The position numbers and the translations under genes were made by a program. The notes beneath the pieces were generated by a model that did no database searches, was not told where the DNA came from, and was given only the letters and a program-made list of their open reading frames with translations. This document shows positions 26,943 through 30,012 of a stretch of DNA of 30,012 bases, one piece after another. Position 1 is the stretch's first letter; each line of letters opens with the position of its first letter. Origin of the DNA: a virus; the UHGV virus genome UHGV-0120925; one strand, 5' to 3'.

Positions 26943-28061
26943 ATGATGATGGAAAACACGAATATCGTAACCGCTGAACAGCAGACTCCAAACACGATCT
27001 CAGCCAGCAATGCCATTTTCAACGTGCAGGCTTTAACCCAGCTTCAGTCTGTCGCCGGGTTGATGGCACAGGCAGCCGTAACGGTGCCTGAGCACCTCCG
27101 CGGCAATCCGGCAGACTGCATGGCCATCATCATGCAGGCGATGCAGTGGGGTATGAACCCTTACGCCGTGGCGCAAAAGACGCACCTGGTTAACGGTGTC
27201 CTGGGATACGAAGCGCAACTGGTTAATGCGGTGATCTCCAGCTCAAACGCCATCGTTGGCCGCTTTCACTATGAGTACGAGGGCGACTGGTCGAAATGTG
27301 CCAGCAGCCGCGAGATAACCGTTAAAAAGCCTGCGAAAGGTGGCGGGACGTACGACAAGAAAGAAATGGTACGCGGTTGGGAAAGTGCTGATGAACAAGG
27401 ACTGTCGGTACGGGTAGGTGCCGTTATTCGCGGTGAAAGTGATATCACCTGGGGAGAGCCTGTTTTACTCTCCAGCGTAATCACACGTAATTCTCCACTT
27501 TGGGTATCAAACCCGAAACAGCAGATCGCTTATCTGGCACTCAAATACTGGGCGCGCCTATATTGCCCTGCAGTTGTTCTTGGTGTGTACACCCCTGATG
27601 AGATTGAACAGCGCACAGAAAAAGAGATCAACCCAACGCCGCAACGCGTTAGCCTGGCTGATATCTCAGGTGACACCGTCACAACCACGCAAAGCGCACA
27701 GGAATCGTCGGTAAATGTCGACTCTCTTGCCGATGATTTCCGCGAACGCATCGAATCTGCTCAGGACGTGGATAGCACCAAATCGCTGCGTGCCGACATT
27801 GAAACGGCGAAAGCTACGCTGGGATCCGCACTATTCACCGAGCTGAAAAACAAAGCCGTAAAGCGTTATTACCTAGTGGATGCACGCAACAAGGTTGAGG
27901 AGGCTATTAAATCCCTGCCCCAGCCCGACGAGCCGCATGCAGCCGAACGGTTCGCTGAAGCCGAGCGCATGCTTACATCTTCAAAGCGTCACTTAGGCGA
28001 TGAACTGCACGATCAATTCAGCATCACCCTGGCGGATATGAAACCGGAATACGTGGCCTGA
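26943..28061 (+). CDS. recT: RecT single-strand annealing recombinase
   Basis: RBS AAGGGG. Region ...CMAIIMQAMQWGMNPYAVAQKTHLVNGVLGYEAQ... matches the RecT family. Paired with the upstream RecE-like gene. Confidence 0.9.
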   Translation: MMMENTNIVTAEQQTPNTISASNAIFNVQALTQLQSVAGLMAQAAVTVPEHLRGNPADCMAIIMQAMQWGMNPYAVAQKTHLVNGVLGYEAQLVNAVISSSNAIVGRFHYEYEGDWSKCASSREITVKKPAKGGGTYDKKEMVRGWESADEQGLSVRVGAVIRGESDITWGEPVLLSSVITRNSPLWVSNPKQQIAYLALKYWARLYCPAVVLGVYTPDEIEQRTEKEINPTPQRVSLADISGDTVTTTQSAQESSVNVDSLADDFRERIESAQDVDSTKSLRADIETAKATLGSALFTELKNKAVKRYYLVDARNKVEEAIKSLPQPDEPHAAERFAEAERMLTSSKRHLGDELHDQFSITLADMKPEYVA

Positions 28062-28099
28062 CGAGACCGGGAGGGGTAACCCTCCCTCAAGGAGATTAT

Positions 28100-28342
28100 A
28101 TGCGACTGATCAATCGAGGAAGTAAGCAATCACCTTTAGCTCGCCAAGCATGCGACATCGCGCTGGCAGCTCACTTGCAAACATATGGCGACTATGGGCG
28201 AAGCAAGATGAAAGAGACTTATACGGTGAAGGTTGAAGGCGTGAAAGTCTGGGTGGAGGTGGTGAACCGAAAGGCGAGCTACGTGGCCACAGCGATGACC
28301 GGCATGCGCCGTCTCCGCTCCCTGCCCGGGCAGGTTGGTTGA
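28100..28342 (+). CDS. Hypothetical protein (80 aa)
   Basis: RBS AAGGAG before ATG 28100. Preceded by the stable hairpin GGGAGGG-GTAA-CCCTCCC (28069..28086). Confidence 0.5.
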   Translation: MRLINRGSKQSPLARQACDIALAAHLQTYGDYGRSKMKETYTVKVEGVKVWVEVVNRKASYVATAMTGMRRLRSLPGQVG

Positions 28343-28383
28343 AAAAGATTTTGAATGGCCCGAACGGGCAACTGGAGAGAGCT

Positions 28384-28581
28384 ATGGATGATATTTTGGT
28401 AACGTCAGACCTGACCAGTCGCTACAAAATTTCACGCAAAACCCTTTGGTCATGGCAAAGTGCAGACACAATGCCTCGGGGCTTCGTATGCCCGTTCCCA
28501 CCCCCTGACTGGCCCGGCAACCCTAACCGCTGGCGCTCTGAGTCAATCAAAGAGTGGGAGGATAAAAAGAAGATAAATTAA
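28384..28581 (+). CDS. xis: Excisionase / AlpA-like DNA-binding protein
   Basis: Start at ATG 28384 with RBS GGAGAG; the track ORF from 28339 begins with TTG. Pattern ...[12 protein letters not shown]...PRGFVCPFP... fits the AlpA/Xis winged-helix family. Converges on the int 3' end. Confidence 0.6.
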
Positions 28582-29771
28582 CTGAAGGGCTCTCCGATGA
28601 TCTCTTCAAGATGGCTCTGCCAAACGCGGAGCCAGTGTTTCTGATCATCGATATAGTCATGAAGGTTGTAATGCGCCATAACCCCCACCATCTGATGCCC
28701 GAGCAGCTTTTCAATTACGTGCGGCGGGCAACCTAACTCAGAGAGATTTGTGGCTATCGTCCGCCTCATATCATGAAGCGACCACTCTGCCATACCTGTT
28801 CCATTCCAAATAGAACGGGCGTAATTGGATGCCACAGGTGAATGAACGGGCGAATCTTTGATCCCGCCATCAATTTTACGTTGTGAAGTCACCAGGTGAT
28901 TGGTGTTTATTTTCTTGAGGTGATTTCTGACCAGGTTAACGGCGGCGTCTGAGAGTCCCCTTCTAATATGTACCCGAGTTTTATAACTGCCCGCAGGCAC
29001 GACCCACTCATTATCATCCAATCGAAACCATGATCTCTCACTAAGTCGAATCTCAGCCGTACGGCATCCGGTAAGCATAATAAATTTCACCAGGAAAACG
29101 GACTCTATCGACATATGGCTTTTCAACCACTGATAGATTTTGCGCAGATCGTCATCGTCCATCCTGCGAGTTCTCTTTTTAGGCTTTTGCCCGACATCAG
29201 ATGGCAGTAATCCCTCGAGTGGGTTTGAGGCGATCACACTTCTGTTAACGCAGAACCTAAACGCCCGTTTGCACAGCGAAAGCATGTAATGAGCCATCAC
29301 CCTGCTTTCTATAGAATCGAAGACGTTGATCCAGTGCATTTTCGCTGTGTTATCGACTTTGACATTCTTCATCGGTTCGGCGATATGTTTCTCAAACACC
29401 TGGCGATAGTAATCGACTTTAACTAGCCCGTTAGCGATACAGTGCCTTTCAATCCAGTAATTGAACGCTTCGGCAACGGACATCGCTTCCTGTCGGGTCT
29501 GCTTATCCAGCTTCACCTGCTCTCGCGGATCCAGTCCCTCAGTTAACCAGTTTCTGAATTGTTGGCGACGCTCTCTTGCCTGGGTGATACTCATTGCAGG
29601 ATAATCACCAACATTGAGTTTTACCGCTTTACCGGCCCAGCGATACCGATAGAAAAATGATATTTTTCCGGCCTGGCTGATTCTGGCGTTGAGCCCGTGC
29701 GAATCAGAAATAATCTCGATATCATCTCTTTTCTTGCCGAGCGCCTTCCTGAGCTTTGTGTCGGTGATCAT
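28578..29771 (-). CDS. int: Tyrosine site-specific integrase
   Basis: C-terminal catalytic region with R...HDMRRT...H...Y residues ([30 protein letters not shown]). Start set at ATG 29771 ([10 protein letters not shown]), typical of P4-type integrase N-termini; upstream in-frame codons run through the GTACACA repeats and are probably untranslated. Confidence 0.88.
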
Positions 29772-29776
29772 TGAAT

Positions 29777-29817
29777 GGGTACACATTTTTGTTTTTGGGT
29801 ACACAAAAGTGTACACA
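29777..29817. repeat. Three direct repeats of G(G/T)GTACACA just upstream of the integrase start; candidate arm-type or operator sites
   Basis: GGGTACACA at 29777..29785 and 29797..29805, GTGTACACA at 29809..29817 (contains the palindrome GTGTACAC). A single GTACACA also sits in the left-end hairpin loop at 136..142. Confidence 0.4.
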
Positions 29818-29957
29818 AAGTTGCCCACTCAAAGCTACACGCAATGTAACACTAGTTCGCAGAGTGTTATGGTTTACATCCTTGAAAGCCTGCTGGATAA
29901 GGGTTTAGCGTAACAGAACGTTTTTACGCGGAATTGTTCGTAATATGCCAAATGACA

Positions 29958-29974
29958 ATTTAAGAAAGTGTTCT
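29958..29974. repeat. Right copy of the 17-bp perfect direct repeat; candidate att core
   Basis: Identical to 39..55. Located 130 bp beyond the integrase start. Confidence 0.4.
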
Positions 29975-30012
29975 GAATAGAGATTCAATATTTAAGGGCA
30001 CGGTTTTTGCAA

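Larger units (their letters stand above)
56..29957. mobile_element. Integrated lambdoid/HK97-like prophage-like element, apparently defective
   Basis: Integrase and excisionase at one end, invertase and tail fibre at the other, complete head and tail gene set between, flanked by 17-bp direct repeats. Confidence 0.6.

Noticed and set aside
29772-29828. Upstream in-frame extension of the integrase ORF (GTG at 29828 or ATG at 29786)
   Set aside because: The extension is encoded by the GTACACA repeat array, lacks an RBS, and would add an atypical N-terminus; ATG 29771 gives the expected integrase start.
29689-29913. 74-aa plus-strand ORF spanning the int start
   Set aside because: Antisense overlap with the integrase 5' end; no RBS.
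1-30012. CRISPR arrays, rRNA or tRNA genes, or a recognisable defence system
   Set aside because: No regularly spaced direct repeats and no rRNA/tRNA signatures found by eye; none of the gene products match defence families I can recognise from sequence alone.

Overview
The window is almost entirely one prophage-like element of about 29.9 kb (roughly 56..29957), bounded by a perfect 17-bp direct repeat at 39..55 and 29958..29974. Read right to left it carries a tyrosine integrase and excisionase, a plus-strand early-left operon (small ORFs, RecE-like exonuclease, RecT), a 530-bp non-coding divergent control region, then a complete minus-strand HK97/lambda-type morphogenesis operon (terS, terL, portal, protease, major capsid, connector proteins, tail tube, G/T chaperone pair, tape measure, M, L, K, I, J), a tail-fibre gene with an invertible C-terminal cassette, and a Hin/Gin/Pin-family DNA invertase. 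No repressor, replication, antiterminator or lysis genes are recognisable, so the element looks defective or helper-dependent. The most interesting signals are the invertase-driven tail-fibre switch with an asymmetric crossover site, three morons (an outer-membrane lipoprotein, a small membrane protein between T and H, a 2-TM protein between terL and portal), a 17-nt motif repeated at identical spacing before two early genes, and strong hairpin terminators punctuating the late operon. I did not find a recognisable novel defence system; all calls rest on reading the sequence and recalled family signatures, with no database search run.
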